Assembly: GCF_006345805.1 (NCBI RefSeq)
Contig: NC_043000.1
Location: forward strand, 53,630,001-53,694,000
Direction: 5' to 3'
Source: Octopus sinensis
Taxonomy: Eukaryota
Length of the DNA stretch: 64,000 bases
Part shown: positions 1 to 12,267 of the stretch, one piece after another
Layout: every line of letters begins with the position of its first letter
How positions within the stretch are numbered: position 1 is the stretch's first letter
The notes under the pieces: model-generated
The model's input: the letters and a program-made list of their open reading frames with translations, nothing else
The model's database searches: none
What the model was told of the DNA's origin: nothing
Made by a program: the position numbers and the translations under genes

Positions 1-1608
1 AGACAGAGCCTATCAAAGGACATACAGGCTAATTTAGCGCTACGTGATGGCAACGACGATGTTTATAATGAGGCATTAATCGACATGGACAGACACATCA
101 GACGCTATGTTATACGCGGTTTAAGTGAATTCCATCTGCCGACACCTGTCCATCATGAAGCGCCTTTGGATGTTGAATACATGTCAGAAAAAAACTACAA
201 CATTGCCGAATTGACGGAAACAATTACGCGAGATGAACCAAGACTTTTGCCTGAACAAAGAGAGATTTATAATGAAATTATTGACAGCGTTAGATTGAAC
301 CAAGGAAAGCTTTTCTTTTTGAATGCTCCAGGTGGTACTAGTAAAACTTTCGCTATCAATTTGATTCTCGCAAAGCTGCGCGCTGAACGTCGAATTGCCA
401 TTGCATGTGCCTCAAGTGGTATTGCAGCGACACTGCTTCAAGGTGGCCGTACGGCACATAGTGCATTCAAATTGCCCATGGACATTGGAAAGAAAGATAA
501 TCCTATATGTAATATAGATCGTAGTTCCTCAAGAGCAAGACTTCTTCGTGAATGCAGTCTTTTTATTTGGGATGAAGCTACAATGAGTAATAAGGCCATG
601 TTTGAGGCTCTTGACAGAACTCTCCAAGATTTGCGTCACAATACAAAAATAATGGGTGGAGCTACGTTCTCATGGCAGGAGATTTTCGACAAACTCTTCC
701 TGTTGTCCGAGCAGGCACTAGAGCCGATGAGGTTAATGCATGTATAAAGCATTCTTATGTGTGGCACAGTGTTATCAGTCGCCATCTTCAAACAAACATG
801 AGAGTCCACCTACATGGTGATGTGGAGTCTGAGGCTTTCGCAAAACACCTATTAGATCTTGGTGATGGAGTTTTGCCTTTCGTTGATGATGAGCATATTC
901 GGTTGCCTTTTGGGAATTTCGTTCCAAATGTAGAAGAACTTATAAGAGCCGTTTTACCTGACGTTGAAACCAACTTCCAGGATCTCGATTGGCTAAGAGC
1001 AAGAGCTATTCTATCGCCTCATAATACAACAGCTCATGCTACAAATAAACAAGTACTTGATATGAATCCTGGTGAGATAGTTTCTTTCATGTCCATCGAT
1101 ACAAATAAAGATGAGAATGATGCAGTCAAATATCCACCCGAGCTACTCAACAAGCTAACACCTCCGGGCCTTCCACCTCATCATTTGTGTTTGAAAGTTG
1201 GTGCTCCAATCATGGTGCTCAGAAATATGGAAACGCCTGAAATATGCAATGGAACCCGAATGGTTATTAGGAGGATTCAAAGCCATGTTATAACTGCTGA
1301 AATTTTGAGTGGACCATTTGTAGGAACAATCAAAATGATACATAAAATGAGTATTTCACCCTCTGATGTTCCGATTCAGTTTAAACGCTTTCAATTTCCG
1401 ATAAAACTATGCTTCGCGATGACAATCAACAGGTCACAGGGACAATCACTGGACATTGTAGGCATTAACCTGTCACAACCGGTTTAGTCATGGTCAATTG
1501 TACGTAGCCTGTTCTCGAGTTGGAAATCCACATAAACTCTTCATTCTTGGCAATCATGAGCGCACAAGGAACGTGGTTTATCAGGAGGCTCTGACAAAAG
1601 AAAACTGA
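1..1608 (+). pseudogene. Helitron RepHel PIF1-like helicase domain, frameshifted
   Basis: Frame 1 is open from base 1 (YNEALIDM...). ORF 85-747 has the Walker A variant APGGTSKTF, SSGIAATLL and the Walker B DEATM. After a frameshift near 660-672, ORF 672-1487 has GDFRQTLPV, LKVGAPIMVLRN, CNGTR and QFPIKLCFAMTINRSQGQ. A second frameshift near 1484 leads to SHGQLYVACSRV...NVVYQEAL and a stop at ~1608. Confidence 0.9.
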
Positions 1609-2484
1609 TTGTAAGTCATGAAATTTTGCTTGATTTTTTATTTTGCACCTCTTCATTATCTCTTCATTCTTGAACATAAAGACATTAAAAAGAACATGGT
1701 TCATAAAGAACGTTGTGTTCAGATGTTTGCAAACATTTGATCCAACTCATTCTCTTTATTCCTCATTTTCCGATTCCTTCTACGTCTCCATTAAACGGTT
1801 TTGTCAAGTTATTGTTTCTTCGCTAACATAAGACATTCATAAAGTGAATGAGTTGTTAATTACATTTTATACACTATTCCATTGTTTAGGTGGTGTCGAA
1901 AGGACTGGCATGTGTCACCATATAAACTCTCTCAGCCAAACTCCCAACTCATGAGTTCACATCGTGATACTCTTTCTACAAAACTGAGCTGGGTGTGAAT
2001 TCTAATTTCATTCACTATTACAGATGTTTTAATTTTTGAAACAAACACATTGCCTCTTTCGTTTTAAAACAATAAAACAATACTACCTTAATACATTGGT
2101 CCAACAAACAAAACATCCAACACTCTCATTCTTTTATGTATCTGTCTTCCTCCATCACTCACTCACTTTTCTCCCTTCCTTTCACATTCTATCTATAACG
2201 TCGTTTCACAGCGTCTACCTACCTTACATTCACTTTCTCTTTATAACGTCGTTTCACAGCGTCCGTTATCCCCCCTCCCTGCCTTCCACAGCGCTTTCAC
2301 ACACTCTCACTCTCTACGTCTGTCTGCATTCATAGAGAGAATTATCATCGCCACCACAACCACTCAATCATGACAACAAATATTATGAATCAGATATTTA
2401 TTGGGTTAATTTATATGTGTGTGTGTATCTATATATAAATATGTATATATAATAATTTTTATATATACAAAGTGCATATATCTG

Positions 2485-2561
<77 letters not shown>

Positions 2562-2622
2562 GTATACATTTATATATATACCACACTCTTACCCGCGCGT
2601 AGAGCGGGTCACCTTCAGCTAG
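1..2622 (+). mobile_element. Helitron, 3' portion (element continues upstream of the window)
   Basis: PIF1-type helicase coding sequence runs from base 1 to ~1608. The 3' terminus has a GC-rich hairpin ACCCGC-gcgtaga-GCGGGT (2591-2609), a 9-nt spacer and CTAG (2619-2622) followed by T, the canonical Helitron 3' end. Confidence 0.9.
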
Positions 2623-3022
2623 TATATATATATGTGTATATATGGGCAACACACATACACACACATACACACACGTACGTAAGTACATCTATTGAATACG
2701 TTTTTTGCACGCATACCTGTTTATGTGTGCGTGTGTGTGTTGCCCGTATATCAACAAAATACTTTTTTCTCGATGGAAAAAACAACAGAAGTCTTAAAAA
2801 TTTACTCGTCACTAGAAGGGAACTTAACTCCTGTTTGCAAACAATGGTGATTTCTCTGACTTGAAAATTGTTAAAAGTTTTGGTTGAAAATTTATTTTTA
2901 CTGCTATTTGCTGATGCCTCTGGGTAAAATAAGCTGCCGAAAATACAGCTTGGGCCATGATGACTGTCCTAAAATTGGAGCAACATGCGTGCTAATTTAT
3001 GGACATGCATAAATTACATTCA

Positions 3023-3076
<54 letters not shown>

Positions 3077-3337
3077 TATCCTACCTTTTATATATACAGA
3101 TTCTCTAATACTTTCACTTTCATTCTTTCACTGAGATACTTGGTGTACGTGGCTGTGTGAGGTATGGTTCACTTCTGTTTCATTACTTCAGGTATAGGTT
3201 TTTCTTCCAATTTTGTTACTTCAGAAAAGCTGTTGATTGAAGAGGTGGTGTTAAATATGATTGACTTAGCTAAGCTGTGATTGGTGGGAAAGGGATTGAT
3301 GACACCATGATATTGGTCACGTACATATACTTTCACG

Positions 3338-3666
3338 GTGAGGGCGCGTGGCTTAGTGGTTAGGGCATTCGGCTCATGATCGTAAGGTTGTGAGTTCGAT
3401 TCCCGGCGACGCGTTGTGTCCTTGAGCAAGACACTTTATTTCACGTTGCTCCAGTCCACTCAGCTGGCAAAAATGAGTTGTACTTGTATTTCAAAGGGTC
3501 AGCCTTGTCACTCTCTGTGTCACGCTGATTATCCCCGAGAACTACGTTAAGGGTACACGTGTCTGTGGAATGCTCAGCCATTTGCACGTTAGTTTCACGA
3601 GCAAGCTGTTCCGTTGATCGTATCAGCTGGGACCCTCGTCGTCGTAACCGGCGGAGTCTTTTTTTA
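3338..3666 (+). mobile_element. tRNA-derived SINE (head/core family A, tail 1) with an 11-bp target-site duplication
   Basis: A box TGGCTTAGTGG, B box GTTCGATTCC, core TTGTGTCCTTGAGCAAGACACTTTATTTCACGTTGCTCCAG and a T-rich end. ATACTTTCACG is repeated at 3327-3337 and 3667-3677. Confidence 0.85.
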
Positions 3667-4761
3667 ATACTTTCACGAGCTCATTTTAGTAAGGAATCTG
3701 TAACTTTTTAGTATACTAGTGATAGTTTTAGGGGTTTTAATTCATAGATCTAAGGACAATGGGCATGCTTGATATGCAAAGAGAGAATAGGAATTCTAAA
3801 CTGCTTATCCACTGCAGACATTTGGAAACAAGAGATGAAATGACATGTCAGGCAGACTAGCAAAGAAGAATTGTTTCATATTTAATAGGTGCATTGGAAT
3901 ACTTAGTAGGAAGAATAAGCAACATATTAATTCAACTAAAAAAGAAAACTCACTAGAAGTACTTTGTAGTTTCTATTTCATTGGTCAACTAAAAATAAGT
4001 GAGTGTAGATGATGTAAAAGTGCAGTAATTGCACTATGGGTAAAGCTTAAAAAATTCAGTGAGATATCATTTCCTTTGGTGTCAACAATAGGCATATCTC
4101 TATGAATGAGCTGCTGACTCTGTGATCATTGAGTAAGAAGTTTTGTGAGTTAATAAGACATGAGCACTGAATGAGGAAGATACACAAAGGCTGGAAATAA
4201 ATGAGGTGTGCATGCCATAGTGGCTGTATAATACTGACATTCATAAGAGACTGAAGGAAACTATACTGAAAGAGAAATATCAGGATTAAAGGTATTATCT
4301 GTTGAGTGCAGGAGAGAAAACTGCATTGGTATTGACATATGAGGCTTATGAAAAGTGTGACATGAAAGAATATTGTCAAACAATGCAATGGATGAAGCCT
4401 GCAGAAGAATACCAAAGAAAATGTGAAAGGAAGTGATGAGAGCTTAATTTTGTGTACAAAATCCCTTAAGTGAGTCATTCTATACTCTATCCAAGTCATG
4501 TCACAATTCTTTTTAAAAAGCTTAACCAGAAAATCAGGTTTAATAACTTGCAATAATAACTTCAGAAAAGCAGGATTAATAACTTGCAACAGATTCTAAT
4601 TCACTGAAGGAAACCAAAAGCCAGTTCATGTATACTGACCCCACAAGAGGAACAGTTAGAGTGATGGGCTTCCGTCCAGTTTCTTTATTATAAATTTCAA
4701 TCATAAGACTTTGGGATGTTATGAGTCTTAGGTTGCAATACATTTCATATTTGATTCATTA

Positions 4762-4967
4762 TACAAGGGCGTGCTGAAAAGTTTCTGGCTTTGAGTAAAA
4801 GAAAATACAGGAGGATCAGTTAATTATGATCCCCTCTCAGATTCACACACTTATTGCAGCAGTCCTTTAGTTTTACTAATCCCTGTGAAAGAACTCAAAC
4901 AGTTGGGCCTCCAACCAGGTCTTTTTTAATGCTCTTAAAGCCAGGAACCTTTCAGCAACCCCTCGTA
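4762..4967. mobile_element. Mariner-type MITE
   Basis: Imperfect ~31-bp terminal inverted repeats: TACAAGGGCGTGCTGAAAAGTTTCTGGCTTT versus the reverse complement TACGAGGGGTTGCTGAAAGGTTCCTGGCTTT. Both ends carry TA and there is no coding capacity. Confidence 0.8.
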
Positions 4968-5349
4968 TATTGACACCGTTCCTGCTACAGTAATATATTC
5001 TTCCAGATATTTTGTTAATTGCTATTTTAACTTCTTACAGTTTATAACCAATGAATTGTTGCCAAGTTTTGGCAAAGTTCTGCTATGAAATTTCTGGTTG
5101 TTCTATGGCAACTGATATCTCATTTACTTACTTTTAAGTATATTTTAATGACAAATTATCTCCTGATAGAGGCCCTGATACTTCATAGTGGTTGTTTTTT
5201 GTTGCTTTTCTATAACCTTTAGGCCTAACGTGCTTCCTGAATTTAGCACTTTGATAATTCCTTGTGAGACTTTAGCAAAGTACACACTGATGCAAGTTTC
5301 TTTGGAGATAACACCCAGCTCTTCTCACACAAATTTTCCTGCCGATTTT

Positions 5350-6078
5350 GAGGTTAACTCTTTGTTGTATCAGTTTCAAAAACTTGGAAAGGCCCACAAA
5401 AGCCATATCTTTGCTCTACCTCCTTTCCTGAAAGAAGATGAAACATGAAAAATTGTTGCATAGCAATGTGTTTGAATATCAAGGATTTTTGCATCATATT
5501 GCATTCATATGAATTGCATACAATGGAGTGCTCCAAAGTAACTGGAAACGTTCTCTGTCGGACAAGCCCATTGTAGTTTGGGCTTCCTCTCTAGAAGCCA
5601 CTGTATGCAACCCTCAGGCATCATTTTGTCATCTTTGGGTGAAGTCATACTAGCATGTGTCCTGGAGCTCCCTCCAGCGAAGTTTGAGTGAGGAATTGTG
5701 AATGAAAAGAGTTTCAGCAAAATTTGTATCTTGCTTGCTCATGGAAGATCAAAAGCAGTCACAACTCAATGCATGTCATGAACTTAGAGAATAGTTAGAA
5801 GTTGATCCCGACCTTTTTCAGAAGGTCATCAGTGGTGACGAAAGCTGGTGCCATGAGATTTGCAGATGTGGAAGAAGTGAAATAAAAAACGACAGAGGTG
5901 TTAAAAAGCTTTACTTCGAAAGAGTTCTAGCACTGCTTCAAACAGCTGAAAATGCTTCTGGACCAATGCATTGCTTCAAATGGAGAATAATCTGAAGGCA
6001 GTAAAAGTGTAAACATGTAAAACTAAGTGAATAAAATAACATTGCAAAATTCCGATTTCTTTTGGGTACCCCCTCTTA
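5350..6078 (+). mobile_element. Heavily decayed mariner transposon remnant
   Basis: Translatable remnants RVSAKFV..LL.EDQK and DPDLFQKVISGDESWC (first catalytic Asp motif). The right end CCCCTCTTA resembles a mariner TIR. The left boundary is approximate. Confidence 0.65.
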
Positions 6079-6304
6079 TGTTCACGTATTATATGTCAAT
6101 GATACACTCACTGAATGATGAATGTGCAAATATGTTTAGATTTTTATTGTATGAGTTTGTTATCTTTATCTCTGGTTTAACCGTAATTCTGCAGACCTAA
6201 AATCGAAGACATTCCATCTATACGAATGTCACTTATTTTATTATTCAGATATAGTGTAAACTGAACCCCATTATCCAATCTATTCTGCTTTTTATTATTA
6301 AACT

Positions 6305-6500
6305 AATGGTAGCAAGCTGGCAGAACTGTTAACAGGCCAGGCAAAATGCTTAGCAGCTCAAATTCCCCCAAGGTTGAATTTGCCTTTCATCCTTTCAGGG
6401 TCAATAAAATAAGTACCAGTTGAACACTGGTGTCAATATAATTTACTAGTTCCCCAGTCTCCACAAATATTTCAGACCTTCTGCTTATAATACAAAAAAA
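6305..6500 (+). mobile_element. Decayed SINE (family C, CORE-like)
   Basis: GCAAGCTGGCAGAA...TTTGCCTTTCATCCTTTCAGGGTCAATAAAATAAGTACCAGTTG matches the copies at 39022-39775. Confidence 0.6.
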
Positions 6501-8952
6501 TTATGAAGATGATAAAGCATGATTTGAATTGAAATTTGGCTGCTATTTCTAGCACATCAAGTCACCATGGAGAAGTTATTCCATTCTATTGAGGCTCTGT
6601 TATATAAACCTGCTCTCTTGTACAGGAGATTAGATTGTCATACCTTTAGCTTACCATCAAGTTTTCCCACATTTATATTCAATATTTAGAAATGTTCTTT
6701 GTGACAAGTTTGATTCATTTTAAATATAACTATTTCATAATATTAAAGTGATAGCAAATAATATTACATATACTTCTAGATTAACTGGAAGCAATATACA
6801 GATTCTAGTGAGAAACAAAGATTTGCTTTGTGCAGCTGCTCCAACTAAATCATTAATCCCTCTGAGGTCGAGATAATTCTATACCTTCAATTATTGGCTA
6901 CAGAGAAAGTTCTATGATATTTTGCTATCTTTTAGAGCTTCACTAAACATCATGCTTCTGTCATTAAATGGTATGGCAACAGAAGATGTTCGTAGATCAT
7001 GAAATACATTTAAATTCTATTATCAGAATATAATATTATTGGCACACCCCATGTATTAGTGTGTAAGATGTTGGTGCATTACTTTACACATAGATCACAC
7101 TCCTCTTTATGCATGCATGTATGTATGTATGTATGTATGTATGTATGTATGTATGTATGTATGTATGTATGTATGCATATATATGTTTTCCTCTCTCTCC
7201 CAGTCAATCTACTTTCTGTCTATCTGTCTATCTGTCTATCGATTTATTATTTCCTTCTATCTATCTATTGTCATGTATATATATAGATAAGTATATCACA
7301 TAAAAGCATACATTTCTCAAGACATTTCAGAAGAATATTCAAGTGCCATTAGTTTCATATCTGTATTTTTCTCTGCTGCATTTGTCACTTTACATATATC
7401 AATTTCTGAAAGAGTAGGAGAAAATAGCCCAATAAATTGATACATACCTCTCTACTCCCATCACTTTAGAAAAATTACAGTTTAAGAAAAATCTATTCAT
7501 GTAACAAATAATATTGGGGATACTAAAAATACTACACAGAATTTTCTTAAAATACCAGAATGCATTCTAAAATATCTTTTCTTGTATTTAAGCATATTTA
7601 TGTAAATATATGTAAATGTATGCTGAACCAAAGAACATAAAATAATAACAAAGTGAAAAGGAAAAACTTCAACGACCAACTGCAGAGCATTAGCGCCAAT
7701 TTGTTTTCTAAGGAATTACAAATAACATTAATTTTGGAATCTAGATTTAAGATTTATTTAGCTGTTCAATCAATTAATGGAATGAAGTACTAAAATAGTA
7801 AAATATACAATGAAATTAATAAATTTAAAATAAAAAAGAAATATGATATAATTGTTTATCCAATTTTCTAACAATACTTAATAAACTGAATTCAATATTT
7901 TAAAGAAATAGCCACTTCAGTAAATTAAATTGATTTATACATAATCAGATGTTTTTAAATTTGAAAATTTCTCTGTTTTTAAACAATATACATCATATTC
8001 AAATATCATAGGTCTATTGAAGAGAAAATTCAAAATTCAAAATTCTAATGCTACCTTTGACCATAAATTTGCTCTTAAATTCATATGCTGTAAGTATTTA
8101 TATTATTTCATTTTGTAATGTAAATAACTCTTGATTAAAAGGAAGTGAATATTACTTTAAATGAAAGAGATATGAAAGCAAAAAGAATAAAGAACAAACG
8201 TAAAGAACGAAAACAACTGATGTAAAAAAATAAAGAAGACAGAGATATTGGAACATCTTGCTTAATTGCCTTACTAAAATTGTACAAAGAATGAAAGAAT
8301 AATAATAATAATAAAAAGAAATTAGAGTTAATTTAGTGCATATTATTTCTATTTCATACTGAATTCAATTTATTCTTAGAATCACAGTGAGGTGCTCATT
8401 TGTACAATGCTGGTGATGATGATAATGATGATGATGGTGATGATGGTAATGATAGTGATGATGATGACGAAGAGGAAGAGCATGAGAAGGATCGATAGAT
8501 AATGATAAGGATGATGGCATGAGAATGATGATTATGATGTATTGATGGATGATGGTTATGATGATGATGAGGCGATGATGAAGATTGGGTTATCAGATTA
8601 GGTTGTTAGCATAAGCTGTAACAATGAAAATAGAGAGGATTCTAATTTCAGGCACGATATAAACGTTTAACAGAATATTGTCAATCATATCAACCTCAGT
8701 ATTTGTGCAGAACTCTCAAATTTTATTGACTTAGGAAATACGAAAGGACCAGTTGTTCTTGTTAAGATTGAAAATCAGAAAAAAAAAGAGACATAATTAA
8801 ATAGCCCGAGAAATTTTGTCTTGGAAGCTAGCTAATCTTTTACTTAGACTATTTCGAAATAATAACCTCTTAGGATACAGCCCACATGCTAGGTATCAAG
8901 TACATACATACATACATACATACATACATACATACATACATACATACATACA

Positions 8953-9499
8953 TGGTGGTTGCCCCCTCGTTATCGAGTATGGCCATTGCATGAAGCTTAA
9001 TCAATGTTGTTATCGTGCAATGCCTGTGCAAGAAGATTTTTTAAAGTGAGGAAAGGCTGTGCACTGAGTCAATCCCACTCACTAAGCAACAGCAGCCATA
9101 ATCCGAAAAGAAGAACAAGTCAACATCATCGGTAACCTCTGAGCCGCAGATTTATACCGGAGTTATCCCAGTTACCTGAGTTACCTTCTAGAAAGATGCC
9201 CTAACAAAGGCTAGGAGTCCTTCACTCCCAACAGTTTAACCGCTCGATCGGGTATTCAGTCCGATTATTTCTATGTTCCCGCGCATGATATAGCCTTAAG
9301 ACATTTATTGGATGGCCGTTGGCTCTCAAGAGTTCCTCCGCCCTTTGACGGGTTTTGTTTTTTATCCCGCAGGGTGTCCAATAAACACCCTCCTCACCAA
9401 GCAAGCTTGGTGGGTTGCCGGTTTAGTCGCCGACGACCCGACCATGCAACAGGTTGTACTGGGTTACATGTTACCAGTAGCACTTGAAAGTGACCTGAC
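8953..9499 (-). mobile_element. GC-rich non-coding retroelement between (ACAT)n tracts; probable RTE-derived non-autonomous element
   Basis: A GC-rich island with (ACAT)n on both sides. The minus-strand 3' end (...GGCCATACTCGATAACGAGGGGGCAACCACC + (ATGT)n) resembles the short-tandem-repeat-tailed ends of RTE-clade elements. The clade assignment is from memory and unverified. Confidence 0.45.
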
Positions 9500-9559
9500 A
9501 TACATACATACATATATACATACATACATACATACATACATACATACTTATACATACAA

Positions 9560-10415
9560 TAAGGATGTCGATAGTGACGAACGTTCTGGGAGACTTACAA
9601 CCAGTAGAACTGAGAAATACATTGCAGATGTGCAGGCAGCTGTGAGGGAAAATCGTTGAATCACCATACATTAGTTATCAGAGGATGTGCAGATTAGTTA
9701 TGGTTCAGTTCACCCCATTATCACTGAAGATTTGGGTATGAGACGCGTGTCTGCCAAGTTTATACCAAAACTGCTTTCAGCTGACCAAAGTGACAATTGG
9801 GTTCCAATTGCCCAAGATCTCTTTCATTGTGTCGAGAACAATGAAAACGTTTTTAAAAACGGTCATAATGGGTGATGAATCGTGAGTTTCTGGCTGTGAC
9901 CCCGAAACAAAGGCTCAGACTTCGCAGCAGAAGACCACAACCTCTCCAAGACCGAAGAAAGCACGAATAAGTTGAAGCAATGCGAACGTCTTCTACGACT
10001 AAAAGAGCCACAATTGCTTGCGTCCTGTGAGTGGTAACTGCGTCATGACAACGGCCCTGCCCATTCAGCTCAGCTTGTACCGTACTTTATGGCTAGGCAC
10101 AGTTTTCCCGAGGTCCGACAGCCACCCGTATTGCCCAGATCTCGCCCCTTGCGAGTTTTTCCTCTTTCCAAAAACCAAATCCCGCTTGAAAAGAAGATAT
10201 TAGGACGTCGAGAAAATGAAAGTGAATGCGACGAGGCAGTTTCTGATTATCCCAGAAAAAGAGTTCCAGGAATACTCCCATGAATACAAACAACGGTGGA
10301 TTAAGTGTGTGGCTTCCGGAAGGACTACTTTGAAGAAGATTAAATGCCAAATTGGTACGCATTGCAGTTTTCTTTTTATAGCACGAGTCCGGCTACTTTT
10401 TGATCAGACCTCATA
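9560..10415 (+). mobile_element. Mariner transposon remnant, 5' truncated, with multiple stops and frameshifts
   Basis: DDERSGR (HTH linker), LGMRRVSAKFIPKLL, MGDES, CDPETK, HDNGPAH and PYCPDLAPCEFFLFPK motifs. The right TIR-like end is TACTTTTTGATCAGACCTCATA. Confidence 0.85.
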
Positions 10416-10419
10416 TGTA

Positions 10420-10455
<36 letters not shown>

Positions 10456-10477
10456 TGTATGTATGTATGTATGTATG

Positions 10478-10509
<32 letters not shown>

Positions 10510-10542
10510 TGTATGTATGTATGTATGTATATATATATATAC

Positions 10543-10602
<60 letters not shown>

Positions 10603-10710
10603 TATATATATTTATATGTGTATATATATGTGTATATTTATTTTATTTTATCTAGTTTCAGCTCACGAGCTGTGGCCATGCTGGGGCACCACCATTTTTA
10701 CAATGTGCTA

Positions 10711-10829
10711 TGCTTACTGCACCTAGGTTTCCCAAGCGGTCACCCATCTAAGTACTGACTAGGCTCGACGTTACTTAACTTCGGTGATCAGACGAGAACC
10801 GGTGCTTTCAACGTGATATGGCCGTAAGC
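10711..10829 (-). rRNA. 5S rRNA: Full-length 5S rRNA sequence, copy 1 (probably a pseudogene or SINE head)
   Basis: The minus strand reads GCTTACGGCCATATCACGTTGAAAGCACCGGTTCTCGTCTGATCACCGAAGTTAAGTAACGTCGAGCCTAGTCAGTACTTAGATGGGTGACCGCTTGGGAAACCTAGGTGCAGTAAGC, colinear with eukaryotic 5S (helix I GCTTACGGC/GCAGTAAGC, helix IV CCTAG/CTAGG). There is no T-run terminator and the 5' flank is pure microsatellite. Confidence 0.9.
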
Positions 10830-10841
10830 CATATATATATA

Positions 10842-10914
<73 letters not shown>

Positions 10915-11100
10915 GTGTATATATATATATATATGTATGTATGTATTATATATATATATATTATATATATATATATGTATGTATGTATGTATGTGTATGT
11001 ATGTATGTATGTATGTATGTATGTATGTATGTATGTATGTTGTATGTATGTATGTATGTATGTTGTATGTATGTATGTATGTATGTATATATATATATAC

Positions 11101-11178
<78 letters not shown>

Positions 11179-11267
11179 ATATATATGTGTATATTTATTT
11201 TATTTTATCTAGTTTCAGCTCACGAGCTGTGGCCATGCTGGGGCACCACCATTTTTACAATGTGCTA

Positions 11268-11386
11268 TGCTTACTGCACCTAGGTTTCCCAAGCGGTCAC
11301 CCATCTAAGTACTGACTAGGCTCGACGTTACTTAACTTCGGTGATCAGACGAGAACCGGTGCTTTCAACGTGATATGGCCGTAAGC
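11268..11386 (-). rRNA. 5S rRNA: Full-length 5S rRNA sequence, copy 2 (identical to copy 1)
   Basis: Same sequence and flanks as 10711-10829, offset by 557 bp. Confidence 0.9.
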
Positions 11387-11412
11387 CATATATATATATA
11401 TATGTGTGTATA

Positions 11413-11472
<60 letters not shown>

Positions 11473-11524
11473 GTGTATATATATATATATATTTATATGT
11501 GTATATATATATATATATTATATA

Positions 11525-11560
<36 letters not shown>

Positions 11561-11573
11561 TATAATATATATA

Positions 11574-11637
<64 letters not shown>

Positions 11638-11967
11638 AACTTGTATGTGATGTGTTGTGAATTTATGGAAAGAAATTTAATAAAATTCAACAATTATGTT
11701 AAATTATATAAGAGAATTTTAATTCATGCAGACGATCGTCTCGTACAGAGATATAAAAATCATGCAAATTCATGATTGAACTGAATTAAATTAATTATAT
11801 AACACTGTACTCTTCAGAGCAAGATGTATAAACAAAATTTTTACAAAGGACTTGAGAAATGAAATAGCAGAATAGAATCTAGGAGATTCATATTTATCCT
11901 TATGAGAAAAAGAGATGTGAGTACAGTTAGGTATTAACTATATTGGATTATCCAAACATTTTTGGAA

Positions 11968-12267
11968 CCCCATCTCGCTAACCACTTCTCTACTTTTAAA
12001 TACAATTGTAAGCGGAACTATATGGGCATCAGTAAACTAATCTGGTAACTCATGGACTCTAACGAACCTTTTTCTTTAGTCTGGAAAATTCTTTCTAGAT
12101 CTTTTCCTTGTGATAAAGGGAAATCTTTCTGTCCTTTTTGCAAGGAAAAGCAGTATTTTATTCTCTTCTCAAAACATAAATTGTTAAACAAATTTACTGA
12201 AAGAGTTTACAAATGTATTCATAGGAAAAACACTCTTTTAGTTCTTTCAAATAATATCCACCCGTAA
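11968..12267 (+). mobile_element. Penelope-like element remnant, C-terminal part of the GIY-YIG endonuclease region
   Basis: The translation HLANHFSTFK...ISKLIW*LMDSNEPFSLVWKILSRSFPCDKGKSFCPFCKEKQYFILFSKHKLLNKFTERVYKCIHRKNTLL fits the PLE C-terminal pattern SKxIW..WKIL..CxxCxxEK..LLNKxxE..KCxH. Confidence 0.7.

Larger units (their letters stand above)
10416..11640. repeat. Compound (ATGT)n/(AT)n microsatellite field containing a ~557-bp tandem duplication
   Basis: Read directly from the sequence. The non-microsatellite core 10637-10829 is repeated at 11194-11386. Confidence 0.9.

Noticed and set aside
3343-3410. tRNA-like sequences (also 30075-30140 and 58274-58345)
   Set aside because: A and B boxes are present but no closed acceptor stem, and each runs into a repeat body; these are SINE heads, not tRNA genes.
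4056-4589. 177-aa minus-strand ORF
   Set aside because: No recognisable motif. The composition reflects the antisense of a purine-rich decayed repeat.
10711-11386. Functional tandem 5S rDNA array
   Set aside because: Only two copies, no T-run terminator, microsatellite-only upstream flank, a helix I mismatch and a SINE-type tail. Kept as a 5S-derived sequence instead.
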